From the NCBI GenBank assembly GCA_038891615.1, contig JAWADY010000002.1, positions 64,994-128,993 on the forward strand: a stretch of DNA of 64,000 bases, read 5' to 3'. Shown here piece after piece: positions 1-8,856 of this stretch. The notes under the pieces are model-generated. The model did not search any database, was not told where the DNA came from, and saw only the letters and a list, made by a program, of their open reading frames with translations. Position 1 is the first letter of the stretch; every line of letters starts with the position of its first letter. Both the position numbers and the translations under genes were made by a program. This DNA comes from Candidatus Woesearchaeota archaeon (lineage in GTDB: Archaea; Nanobdellota; Nanobdellia; Woesearchaeales; ARS49).

Positions 1-2
1 CA

Positions 3-881
3 ATGTCAAAAAACGTCTTTGCGTTTAAGAAAGCACCGCCAGAATATCCCTACTCCCCATTCCCAAAACCGCCAATATTTCCTTCTGCACCAACATACGG
101 CTATTACGGTGATATAAGTATAGTGACTGAAAAAAGACTTTCTGCGGAGCTGAGCTCATACATAGAATCAAATATCCAAAGCTGCACTGATTGGTCAAGC
201 TTTGCACAGAAAGGGATTGATGTAAAAGTTGGTAAACCATCAGCGGATGTCCTTTTTGGAGACTCTGACACAACAGTCTCGCTTAGGTGGCGAATAGAGG
301 CAAAAAGCGGCCAGGCAGAAGCGGTCATAAACAAATTTGCAGCAAGCATTCCGGTTAGAATGAAGGTTGTACGTAACTATGCTCTCGAGATAGCCTCAAA
401 TGACACCCTTTACTATGACTATGAGCCTAGCAGTGCTCCAGCAGTCCAGGTTTTCAAAAGGGTTGATGGCAAAAGCGACATAATTCAAATCACAGATACG
501 CTTTCAAAAGTTGACACAAAACCGTTTATCTTCAGGTTTGCAAGAAAGAATAGGCCTCCTGTGCTTTTCGATTCTGATATTAAATTGCGATTTAATGAAA
601 TTTTTGCTTGCCCAGGCGATGTTATAAGTTTTGATGGCAAGACATTCAAAATAACTAAACAAAATGGTGACATTCGCTTTTCTTTTGCACCAAATGCAAC
701 AGATTTTGATGAAGATTCTAGTTTATCATTTAATGTTTCTGATAGAGGTGGTGAGCCCTTTCCTTTAAGCACAACTCAGCAAATGGCAAATATTGGTAAA
801 AGAGAACTAAGAATAGAAGTCAGTGATGGTCTTGAAAAAGATTGGTATGATGCAAGCCTGACTTTAAAAACAAAATGTTAA
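3..881 (+). CDS. hypothetical protein, probably 5'-truncated by the window edge; first visible gene of the giant-surface-protein operon
   Basis: The frame is open from nt 3 to TAA at 879-881. There is no hydrophobic N-terminus after the first Met, so the true start may lie upstream of the window. The stop overlaps the next start (ATGTTAA, 875-881). No family recognised. Confidence 0.5.
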   Translation: MSKNVFAFKKAPPEYPYSPFPKPPIFPSAPTYGYYGDISIVTEKRLSAELSSYIESNIQSCTDWSSFAQKGIDVKVGKPSADVLFGDSDTTVSLRWRIEAKSGQAEAVINKFAASIPVRMKVVRNYALEIASNDTLYYDYEPSSAPAVQVFKRVDGKSDIIQITDTLSKVDTKPFIFRFARKNRPPVLFDSDIKLRFNEIFACPGDVISFDGKTFKITKQNGDIRFSFAPNATDFDEDSSLSFNVSDRGGEPFPLSTTQQMANIGKRELRIEVSDGLEKDWYDASLTLKTKC

Positions 882-3800
882 GAAAAGAAGTTATTGGAAT
901 CTTTGTAGTGCTGTTCTTCGTAGTAATTGGAATCGCGGTCATTGCACAGGAAGAAAAAACAGGTTGTTGTTGTGATGAAAATGGAACTGCAATGGATTAC
1001 AGTCCTTTCCATACCCAAAATGAGTGCACTGATCCATTCACCATTCTTGTTCCACTTTCTTCAGAAAACATAAGCAAGTATACTCCTGACAACATCTCAA
1101 AAATATGTATAGACGCTTGTGGTGGTGCAGCCCCTAAGCCTTTACCATTGCCACTTGCTCCAAAAATAACTTTTTTTAAAGCAGAACCGTTGATGGGCCA
1201 AAAGAAATTTTTGCTCACCTGGGAGATAAATCAAACACCAAATGTCATCTATATAGACAGGTGCAAAGGAAATGACTGCACTAATTTTGGCAACATTGCA
1301 ACCTTTGCTGGAACCTCAAGGTCTTATGTCGATGATGATGCAAGCCTTGAGTGGCTAACAAATTACACCTACAGGTTGAGGATTGTCAATACAATTACAA
1401 GCCCACCACAAGAATCAAGCATGACAGCATCCTCAAGCCTTGGCGACATTGAGTGCTGGAATCGATTCGACAAAACTCCTTTCTGCATTTCAGAGTACTA
1501 CTATTGGAATGAGCCTATTCAGAGCTATCTCAAGAATTTTGGCTATTTTGGTTTCAGTTTCACTGATAATTTTGCAAGACAGGTGCGGACTGTTTTTGGA
1601 GTAACAAATCTTGACCACATAGGAAAGCTCGACTCAAGATGTCATGTGGTTGGCATAAACAGACTCAGTCAGTCTTCCTCAAGGTGCAAGAGCAACGAGA
1701 CTTGCCTTGTTGTGGATTCAAACACAATCTGCATAACCCCTTCACCTTGCGATACAAGCTTTAATGCAACCTCTGCTTCTTGTGAAAACACCCCTTCAGG
1801 TACTCCAAGCTATTGTTTCTCTGATAAGAGCCAAAGTGTTATTGAGCGCTGCTACAGTTGTGATAAAAGGATGAGCTGCTATGACTATCGTTCAAAAGAG
1901 GCCTGTGAGAGGGATGCATGCGGAATTGGAGATTGTATATGGAAGCCAACTTATGGAGCAATTGGAGTTGGAGTTTGCATCAATCCTTCTCAAAACAACT
2001 GTCTGCTTTGTGACAAGAAAACAGGAGACCTTCTTTCAGGCTTGGATTCAAAAAAATGGCCTAGTCTTTTGGCTTATAATGAGCTTTTTGACGCCTGCTC
2101 ACAGCTAAAGGCAGAAGCTCTTGGCAAATGCCTTGCCGTGACAGACCCTTCAACAGGAAAAACTTCTCCAAAGACTTGCGAACAAGCAACCTGCAGCGAT
2201 TATAAAACTCAGCAAGAATGTAATGCCGACACTTGTGGGTTGGGAATATGCAAATGGTTTGACTCACCCACCTTCCGCGGCTGTGCAAAGGATGCTGACA
2301 CCCCTCCTCAAGCCCCTGCAACAGATAGTGATGGTGATGGTATTCCTGATTGGTGGGAAATCAAGTATGGTTTGAATCCTAACAATCGTGATGATGCTGG
2401 TAGTGATTCTGATGGTGATGGCTTGAGCAATTTGGATGAATGGTTGCGTGGGACCCTTCCAAACAATCCTGATAGTGATGGTGATGGTGTCTCTGATCTT
2501 AATGATAATTGCCCTGGTACTCCTTCAAACACTTTTCAAGTTGATAGCAATGGGTGCCCTCTTCCTGTTAGTGATACCACTGATTCTGATGATGATGGTA
2601 TTCCTGATTGGTGGGAAAGAAAGTATGGTTTGAATCCTAACAATCCTGCTGATGCTGGTAGTGATTCTGATGGTGATGGCTTGAGCAATTTGGATGAATG
2701 GTTGCGTGGGACTCTTCCTAACAATCCTGATAGTGATGGTGATGGTGTTTCTGATCTTAATGATCAACATCCTGGTACTCCTTCAAACACTCAAGTTGAT
2801 AGCAATGGGCGCCCACCTCAAGGCAATGGCAAGCCGGATTGCATTGATCCAAACACAGGTGAAATAGATCCTGCGTGCGAAGCAGACAAGTGGTCACCTG
2901 AAACAGTCATTATCCCTGTGGGTGACAGAGGGGCTGTAAAATACCTATACATACAAATTACTGACCAGTTCAAAAGCACAGGTGAAAAATTAACTATTGC
3001 GCACTCTGGAACTGGAACAAAGGCAGAGTACTTTCCTAAAGGCTACAGCACTTTTCTTTGCGTTGGTAGCCTTTGCTCACCAAATGTTCGTGTGAACGCA
3101 ACTCCCTTGACTGTTGTAAATGGCTTCTTGACAATAAATGGTAAGCCTCTTGGACTGCAGCTTAAGGATGGTTCCAACATCTTAAGATTCTACTCACAAG
3201 ACCCTGCAAATAATAATGAACAAGTTAAGCAGCTAGAGGTGAATGCCTGCACAGGCTGTCAGGGACCTGCTCTCATTACTCCAATTGATATCGAAGGCGC
3301 AAGAATTGTAAATGGTGAGTATTATACAAAGCTAACACAGCCGCAAATAAAGCTATCCTTTGATGCAAAGGCAGAACTTGTTTTAAAGAGGCTTGTTTTT
3401 GGCAATTCTTTTACTGAGCTTAGCTCAAGCCCACAATCCGGCTTCAGCCAAAACTACACATTACTACCTCCTGAGCTAGCAGAAGCAAAGTATGTTCTGC
3501 AAATAAATGCTCGTGGAGAAAATGGAATCTCGAGCTCTAATACGCCTTACAGCTTCAATTTGACGATAGACAAAACCCCGCCACTCCTTTCATTCAATGT
3601 TGAACAAAACAGCATCTTAGAAAACCCAGACCAGTCTTTTGTGCTTAGCTTTAATGAGCCTGTCTTTGTTACTTCCATTTTTTTCGATGAAGAGCATGTT
3701 GCTCAAAATGGTCGCAAGTATGTTTTTACAAGAAATCTAACCTCTGAACTCAAGCAAGTGAATAGCAGCAAATATAACCTAACTGTTAATGGAATTCCTG

Positions 3801-6355
3801 ATGGGCATGTTGCGCTAAGAGTTACAGCAGAGGATTATGCCGGAAATACAATGGCTTCTGTGCTAAACTTTATTATTGACTCAACAGGCCCGGTCATTTC
3901 TCTGGCACAACCACTATTCGGAATTTCTGACAAGACACCATTTGACATTGTCGTTGAAACAGACCAGCCAGCTATCTGCAGATATTCAACAATTCAAAAT
4001 GTTGACACTGCGAGCATAAGCTATGATGCAATGGCAAAGTTCTACATACCTGAAAAACAAACCGCACAGCACATCATACAAGGCTTTGACGAGCTCACAG
4101 GAAAGCCAGAAAACACGCCCTGGAGGTTCTATGTTGTTTGCAAGGATGGCAAGCAACGCCAGTCTAACGAAACCTTCTGGCTGTCCGTTGATTCTGCTCC
4201 TCCAAAAATAACAGCTGCTTATGCAGAACCAAATCCAATCGTTGAGTACACAGACAGTGAGCTGCTAACAACACTGAAAGTCTCAACAGAACGCAGCTCC
4301 TTCTGCAGTTACAGCACAACAACCACGAGCTTTAGCCCTGAAAATGGTTTTGAAGGGACAGGCATAACTCCAAGGCAAGCGCACAATGCTGTGGTTAAAA
4401 TAACCACTTCTCCGACAACTTATAACATCGCTTGCATTTCACCAACCGATTATGGCAAAGCTGCGCCAAGAACAGCAACAGCAACAATAAAAATCACTGT
4501 TGACGTTGCAGCACCACTAACCATTTCCTGCAGCTATTGCCCTTCATTCTGGAATTCTACCACAAAAAACATATACCTGACCACAAACAAGCGCGCGCAA
4601 TGCTTCTGGACACTTGACAAGACAACCACTTCTTTTGGTACAGTTGGATATGAGCACAGCACCACTCTGAAAGTGCCATCTCTTGGCGAGAAAAAAGTGC
4701 TCTTTAGCTGCAATGCAGGCGCCCAAAGTGCAACCCTTGAGTATTCATTTCTTGTAGACAACAGCCCTCCTGTAATGCTCTATGTTAGTGATAACTCAAG
4801 CCTTAAAGAAGATACAGAGCATAGCTATTTCACAGATAGGTTAAGGGCAGCATGGCTCGGGCAGGATAATGAAAGTGGAATAACACGGTATTATTACTCT
4901 TTAATCGAAAAGGCAAACAACGCTGTTGTGATAAATTGTTCACCTGGCTCTCAACAAAACAATTGCCGATTCTCAACAGTACTTGATGGAAATTTCTTTG
5001 ACATTACGCAGGACCATAATGGAAAGTCGCTCAATTTAACAGACGGCTTTAGTTATTTCTTGAAGGTTTGGCCCCTAAATAGGGTTGGTCTTCTTGGAAA
5101 TCCAATGGACTCGGATGGAGTTGTAATAAACAAAAGCAAAAAGCCAGCTCACTGCAGCGATGGAATAACAAATGAAGGCGAATCAGGGCAGGACTGTGGT
5201 GGAGAGTGCGAGCCTTGTCCTGATGGTCAGCCTTGTAGGTCTGATTCGGACTGTCTCTCAAAAACCTGTATAGAAGGTTCGTGCAAGGCTCCGAGCTGTA
5301 CAGATTTAAGAAAGAATGGTAATGAAAGCTCAATCGATTGTGGTGGGAGCTGTCCAACAAAGTGCGAAGCTGGTAAAAGTTGTAACACTGACAGCGATTG
5401 CAAAACAGGACTAAGCTGTATATCTGGTGCATGCGCAGAACCAACAGCTTGCGAGAATGGTATACTTGATGGGCTTGAAACAGACATTGACTGCGGAAGG
5501 GTTTGTCCAACAAAATGCGCAGCTGGAAAGGGCTGTCTTGATAATAAAGATTGCGCTGATGGGCTATATTGTGTTAGTGGTGTTTGTTCTTCAACAACTC
5601 CAACCGCTGATTCTGATGGTGATGGTGTCACTAATGATCTTGACCAGTGCCCAAACACTCCGAAAGGTGAAAAAGTAGATAAAAACGGTTGTTCAGCAAG
5701 CCAGCGTGACACCGATGGAGATGGCATGAATGATGCTTGGGAGATACGCTATGGCTTTGATCCTGAGAATCCTGCTGATGCTTATACAGATGTCGATGCT
5801 GATGGCCTTAGTAATCTTGAGGAATTCAAGTTAGGAACTGATCCAAGAAACCCAGATACTGATGGTGATGGTTGGAGTGATGGGGCTGAGTTCAAGGCAG
5901 GAACAGACCCTCTAGACCCTGCCTCAAAGCCATCCGCCCCTATTGTGAGAGCTTTGCCATGGCTGTTGCTTGTTGCAATCCTTGCCATAGCCGGTTACGC
6001 AGCTTACAAGTACAGGAAGCAAATTGCTGCAATTTTTGTAAGGAAAAAGGTAATTCCTTTGCCAAAGCCGCCTGTGGTGTGGAGACCGCCACCAAGGCCT
6101 GTCCAAAGAGTTGTGCGTGTTCCAACAAGAGCAGAGTTAATCATTGAACAGCTTAGAAAGATTGCCCGAGCTACAAAGGCTGAAGAAGAGGAATACATTC
6201 CTGTAGAAGAGCTTGCCAGAAGGGCAGCTGCGCTAGAGCCAACAGAAGAAGTACTTAAGCATCTAAAGGCAGCAGTAAGAAAAAGCCCTGAGTTTGCAAG
6301 GGCTGCAGCTGCCCAGCCAAAGCTCAGAGCGATGCTCAAGAAAAAATCAAAATGA
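875..6355 (+). CDS. giant (1826 aa) Cys-rich, Ca-binding-repeat surface protein / putative adhesin with a C-terminal membrane anchor
   Basis: N-terminal hydrophobic signal/anchor (IGIFVVLFFVVIGIAVIA) and a Cys-rich N-terminal third. Three blocks of thrombospondin-type-3-like motifs (DSDGDGxxD, e.g. TDSDGDGIPDWWEIKYGLNPNN). The central part has recurring domain-boundary motifs (DKTPP, DSTGP, DSAPP, DNSPP) typical of tandem Ig-like domains. Three ~48-aa Cys-rich modules follow. A single TM (LPWLLLVAILAIAGYAAY, ~nt 5950-6010) is followed by a ~115-aa K/R/P/A/E-rich tail. Confidence 0.85.
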   Translation: MLRKEVIGIFVVLFFVVIGIAVIAQEEKTGCCCDENGTAMDYSPFHTQNECTDPFTILVPLSSENISKYTPDNISKICIDACGGAAPKPLPLPLAPKITFFKAEPLMGQKKFLLTWEINQTPNVIYIDRCKGNDCTNFGNIATFAGTSRSYVDDDASLEWLTNYTYRLRIVNTITSPPQESSMTASSSLGDIECWNRFDKTPFCISEYYYWNEPIQSYLKNFGYFGFSFTDNFARQVRTVFGVTNLDHIGKLDSRCHVVGINRLSQSSSRCKSNETCLVVDSNTICITPSPCDTSFNATSASCENTPSGTPSYCFSDKSQSVIERCYSCDKRMSCYDYRSKEACERDACGIGDCIWKPTYGAIGVGVCINPSQNNCLLCDKKTGDLLSGLDSKKWPSLLAYNELFDACSQLKAEALGKCLAVTDPSTGKTSPKTCEQATCSDYKTQQECNADTCGLGICKWFDSPTFRGCAKDADTPPQAPATDSDGDGIPDWWEIKYGLNPNNRDDAGSDSDGDGLSNLDEWLRGTLPNNPDSDGDGVSDLNDNCPGTPSNTFQVDSNGCPLPVSDTTDSDDDGIPDWWERKYGLNPNNPADAGSDSDGDGLSNLDEWLRGTLPNNPDSDGDGVSDLNDQHPGTPSNTQVDSNGRPPQGNGKPDCIDPNTGEIDPACEADKWSPETVIIPVGDRGAVKYLYIQITDQFKSTGEKLTIAHSGTGTKAEYFPKGYSTFLCVGSLCSPNVRVNATPLTVVNGFLTINGKPLGLQLKDGSNILRFYSQDPANNNEQVKQLEVNACTGCQGPALITPIDIEGARIVNGEYYTKLTQPQIKLSFDAKAELVLKRLVFGNSFTELSSSPQSGFSQNYTLLPPELAEAKYVLQINARGENGISSSNTPYSFNLTIDKTPPLLSFNVEQNSILENPDQSFVLSFNEPVFVTSIFFDEEHVAQNGRKYVFTRNLTSELKQVNSSKYNLTVNGIPDGHVALRVTAEDYAGNTMASVLNFIIDSTGPVISLAQPLFGISDKTPFDIVVETDQPAICRYSTIQNVDTASISYDAMAKFYIPEKQTAQHIIQGFDELTGKPENTPWRFYVVCKDGKQRQSNETFWLSVDSAPPKITAAYAEPNPIVEYTDSELLTTLKVSTERSSFCSYSTTTTSFSPENGFEGTGITPRQAHNAVVKITTSPTTYNIACISPTDYGKAAPRTATATIKITVDVAAPLTISCSYCPSFWNSTTKNIYLTTNKRAQCFWTLDKTTTSFGTVGYEHSTTLKVPSLGEKKVLFSCNAGAQSATLEYSFLVDNSPPVMLYVSDNSSLKEDTEHSYFTDRLRAAWLGQDNESGITRYYYSLIEKANNAVVINCSPGSQQNNCRFSTVLDGNFFDITQDHNGKSLNLTDGFSYFLKVWPLNRVGLLGNPMDSDGVVINKSKKPAHCSDGITNEGESGQDCGGECEPCPDGQPCRSDSDCLSKTCIEGSCKAPSCTDLRKNGNESSIDCGGSCPTKCEAGKSCNTDSDCKTGLSCISGACAEPTACENGILDGLETDIDCGRVCPTKCAAGKGCLDNKDCADGLYCVSGVCSSTTPTADSDGDGVTNDLDQCPNTPKGEKVDKNGCSASQRDTDGDGMNDAWEIRYGFDPENPADAYTDVDADGLSNLEEFKLGTDPRNPDTDGDGWSDGAEFKAGTDPLDPASKPSAPIVRALPWLLLVAILAIAGYAAYKYRKQIAAIFVRKKVIPLPKPPVVWRPPPRPVQRVVRVPTRAELIIEQLRKIARATKAEEEEYIPVEELARRAAALEPTEEVLKHLKAAVRKSPEFARAAAAQPKLRAMLKKKSK
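2321..2815 (+). repeat. in-frame tandem duplication (258-nt unit, 86 aa) encoding a triple DSDGDG Ca-binding module
   Basis: Copy 1 spans 2321-2578 (TDSDGDGIPDWWEIKYGLNPNNRDDAGSDSDGDGLSNLDEWLRGTLPNNPDSDGDGVSDLNDNCPGTPSNTFQVDSNGCP...). Copy 2 spans 2579-2815 (TDSDDDGIPDWWERKYGLNPNNPADAGSDSDGDGLSNLDEWLRGTLPNNPDSDGDGVSDLNDQHPGTPSNTQVDSNGRP). They are near-identical at the DNA level by eye, with a 3-nt deletion in copy 2. Confidence 0.9.
5153..5593 (+). repeat. three tandem ~48-51-aa Cys-rich modules within the giant protein
   Basis: The modules are CSDGITNEGESGQDCGGECEPCPDGQPCRSDSDCLSKTCIEGSC, CTDLRKNGNESSIDCGGSCPTKCEAGKSCNTDSDCKTGLSCISGAC and CENGILDGLETDIDCGRVCPTKCAAGKGCLDNKDCADGLYCVSGVC. The Cys spacing is conserved. 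Confidence 0.8.
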
Positions 6356-6852
6356 GACTTGGCCAAATAGTTGGGCAAATATTTCTTTTCTTGTTGGCAA
6401 CAATTGTTTTTGTTTTTATAGTTGTTTATGGCTATCGCGCAATAGGCAACCTTGTTGCAAAAGGTGAGCAAGCAGACCTAGTGCGATTCAACAGCGAGCT
6501 CAGTTCCGCAGTTAGTGCTATATCCCTTGACTATGGCAGCGTGCGTTGCCTAGAGCTCAGCCTTCCAAAAAGATATAGAACCTTTTGTTTTGTCGGGCAG
6601 GAGCCTGACATAGGCGCACTTTCCTTGGTCAGCCCATTAATTGCAAGTGCTGTCCAGTCAGGGATTAAGCAAAATGTTTTTTTAATCCCCCCTTCACCGC
6701 TTCAACTATATCTAGAAAAGGCAACGACAAAAGCAGAGGGAGGATTTTTTTGCATAAATACAAGCGGACCAACAAATCGCTTGCTACTCAGGCTTGAAGG
6801 TGGCGCAGGAGGAATTGCAGAGCTACAAAAATGGCAAGGAGCAAGCTGTTAA
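6352..6852 (+). CDS. prepilin-like protein (short basic leader plus hydrophobic helix)
   Basis: N-terminus is MRLGQ/IVGQIFLFLLATIVFVFIVVYGY. The start overlaps the giant-gene stop (ATGA at 6352-6355). Confidence 0.6.
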   Translation: MRLGQIVGQIFLFLLATIVFVFIVVYGYRAIGNLVAKGEQADLVRFNSELSSAVSAISLDYGSVRCLELSLPKRYRTFCFVGQEPDIGALSLVSPLIASAVQSGIKQNVFLIPPSPLQLYLEKATTKAEGGFFCINTSGPTNRLLLRLEGGAGGIAELQKWQGASC

Positions 6853-7820
6853 TTCCAAAGCACAGAAAAGGCCAGATAGAAGCGCCAGTAAGTTGGATAT
6901 TCATACTTATTGCAGGAGCTGTAATCCTTCTTTTTTTCTTTTCAACAACCATTAAGTTGCGTGACATTGCAAAACAAAAGCTTTCAATAACCCTTTTGTC
7001 AAACTTAGATGCACTCATCTCTAGCTCATCCGTTGCAAAAGGTACAAGCCAGCTGCTGCCGATTTATGACCAGCAACTTGTTTTTGAATGTACACAGGCT
7101 TGTCTTTGCGAGCTTTCAGTCCTTGGCGCAAAAAAGCCATTTAAAGACAGGCTGATTTTTGCTCAGCAAAAGGTTTTTGGAAGAAATGCGCTATTTTGGG
7201 CTCTTGACTGGAAGGAGCCATTCAGGATTGCTAATTTTCTTTACATAACAGACAGCTCAAGCAAATATTGGTTGGTTGGGGATTCGAGCAGCGAACCACT
7301 TAAGACAATAAAGTTCCTCCTTCCTAAGAATCTTAGTGCGGAGTTCGTAGACTCCACCCAAAACATCAAGCCAGGAAATTTCAAGAAAAGCAGGATTGTT
7401 CTTTTTGACAAAGCACTGGATGAAAGCCTTGCAGATAGTTTTCCCAAAGCATCTGAGCTAACATTACTTGTTGTCAACACCCAGAACAAAGAGCTTAAGT
7501 GGTACAAGAGAAAAGGTAGCAAGCTGGAAGTGCTGTCAAATGAAGGGGCGGATAACTACAAAAGCATTCCCCATCTTTTGGGAGCAATTTTTAGTGACGA
7601 GCCGCAGCTTTACGCCTGCCAACAAGCAGCTTCTGAGGACAGGAAAGCGGCCATAAAAGAAATCTATGTTGCACGTGTGCAAAAATTGATGCAAATTGTG
7701 CCAGAAGAACGTGGTTGCAGCGCGCTTTACGAAGAGACGTTCAAAAACATTAACGCTCCTGAGGCGCTTGAGGAGATTAATGAGGAATTGCTAAAAAAGA
7801 GTTGTCCAACAATATACTAA
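6831..7820 (+). CDS. prepilin-like protein, 329 aa
   Basis: N-terminus is MARSKLLIPKHRKGQ/IEAPVSWIFILIAGAVILLFFF (K-G-Q-I-E class III-type motif). It overlaps the upstream gene by 22 nt. Confidence 0.65.
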   Translation: MARSKLLIPKHRKGQIEAPVSWIFILIAGAVILLFFFSTTIKLRDIAKQKLSITLLSNLDALISSSSVAKGTSQLLPIYDQQLVFECTQACLCELSVLGAKKPFKDRLIFAQQKVFGRNALFWALDWKEPFRIANFLYITDSSSKYWLVGDSSSEPLKTIKFLLPKNLSAEFVDSTQNIKPGNFKKSRIVLFDKALDESLADSFPKASELTLLVVNTQNKELKWYKRKGSKLEVLSNEGADNYKSIPHLLGAIFSDEPQLYACQQAASEDRKAAIKEIYVARVQKLMQIVPEERGCSALYEETFKNINAPEALEEINEELLKKSCPTIY

Positions 7821-7821
7821 A

Positions 7822-8352
7822 ATGGCAAACAATGCATCTCCAAGCAAAAAGGCTCAGATAAAGATGTTTGAGAATATCGCTGTCCTCGTGATATTCTTTT
7901 TTCTTCTGGCTTTTGGTACAAGCTTTTACTTTACACTTCAAAAAAGTTCCCTTCAGCGTGAAATGGAACGCATTGCGCAGCTTGGAAACATTCAGCAGGC
8001 GCTTAGGCTTACATTCTTACCAGAGCTTGACTGCTCATTTGCTGCTGTACAAACTGAAAATTGTTTTGACAGGCTTAAGTTTGATGCTCTTGCAGATCAG
8101 CTTAAACCAGGTAGCCAGCGATGGCTTGAGTACTCTGCAATCCTTGGTTTTACTAGTATAAAACTAAAGACTGTTTATTCCAGCCTCTCTCCCCCGCCTG
8201 AAGAGAAACTTCTGTACGAAAGAAAGCTGAACGCAACTGCAATTCGCACAGAGATTCCTGTCTTGATTTGTGAAAACGGTTGCGACCCGCTAAATCAAAG
8301 CTATTCCTTCGGCATCCTTGAGGTGACAAGCTATGTTAGAAGGGCAACCTGA
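7822..8352 (+). CDS. prepilin-like protein, 176 aa
   Basis: N-terminus is MANNASPSKKAQ/IKMFENIAVLVIFFFLLAF. The start lies 1 nt after the upstream stop. Confidence 0.65.
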   Translation: MANNASPSKKAQIKMFENIAVLVIFFFLLAFGTSFYFTLQKSSLQREMERIAQLGNIQQALRLTFLPELDCSFAAVQTENCFDRLKFDALADQLKPGSQRWLEYSAILGFTSIKLKTVYSSLSPPPEEKLLYERKLNATAIRTEIPVLICENGCDPLNQSYSFGILEVTSYVRRAT

Positions 8353-8854
8353 TGGCATTGCTGTGTTGAAGGGATTAAAGAGAGCAAAAGGCGGGCAAAT
8401 GGAAATAATTGGTCTAACAATCATCATTCTTCTTGTTATAATTGGGGTGCTTTTTGGAATACAGTTTGTGCTCAAGGCAAAGCCGCCCACAATTGGACGA
8501 GAGTTTAGGGAATCGCAGTACGCAGCCAACTTCCTAAGCACTCTTACAGGTACAACAAGCGCATGTAATGGTTTGAGCATCACACAACTTTTACAGAACT
8601 GCGTGACAAGGACAGGGATTGACTGTCCATCAGGAAAGGGTGCTTGTGAGGAGGTTGAGGCTCTTATAGAAACAATCCTTGATAAAACAATTGGCAAGTC
8701 GGGACAAAACAGAGCATACCAACTTATGGTAAAAGGCAGCAACATTGACATTACTAAGTCTAATCGGGGAGGATGTCCGGGCGAAAAAGAGGTTGCAGAA
8801 CACACACTTCCAACAAGAGCTGGAGTAGTTTCTATACGCCTCGAGTTGTGCTAA
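8333..8854 (+). CDS. prepilin-like protein, 173 aa, Cys-containing
   Basis: N-terminus is ...LKRAKGGQ/MEIIGLTIIILLVIIGVLF. It overlaps the upstream gene by 20 nt and is the last gene of the operon. Confidence 0.6.
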   Translation: MLEGQPDGIAVLKGLKRAKGGQMEIIGLTIIILLVIIGVLFGIQFVLKAKPPTIGREFRESQYAANFLSTLTGTTSACNGLSITQLLQNCVTRTGIDCPSGKGACEEVEALIETILDKTIGKSGQNRAYQLMVKGSNIDITKSNRGGCPGEKEVAEHTLPTRAGVVSIRLELC

Positions 8855-8856
8855 AA

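Noticed and set aside
2321-2815. Possibility that the tandem repeat is a CRISPR-like or satellite array
   Set aside because: There are only two units with no spacers, perfectly in-frame, encoding a recognisable Ca-binding module inside a long ORF.
5940-6355. C-terminal TM of the giant protein as a PGF-CTERM/archaeosortase or sortase-type sorting signal
   Set aside because: Sorting signals end within a few basic residues after the helix. Here ~115 further residues follow and no PGF-like motif precedes the helix.
5049-6471. Minus-strand ORFs (154, 166 and 155 aa) within and at the end of the giant gene
   Set aside because: They are antisense to the 1826-aa ORF, whose repeat structure is in-frame on the plus strand. 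There is no independent support.
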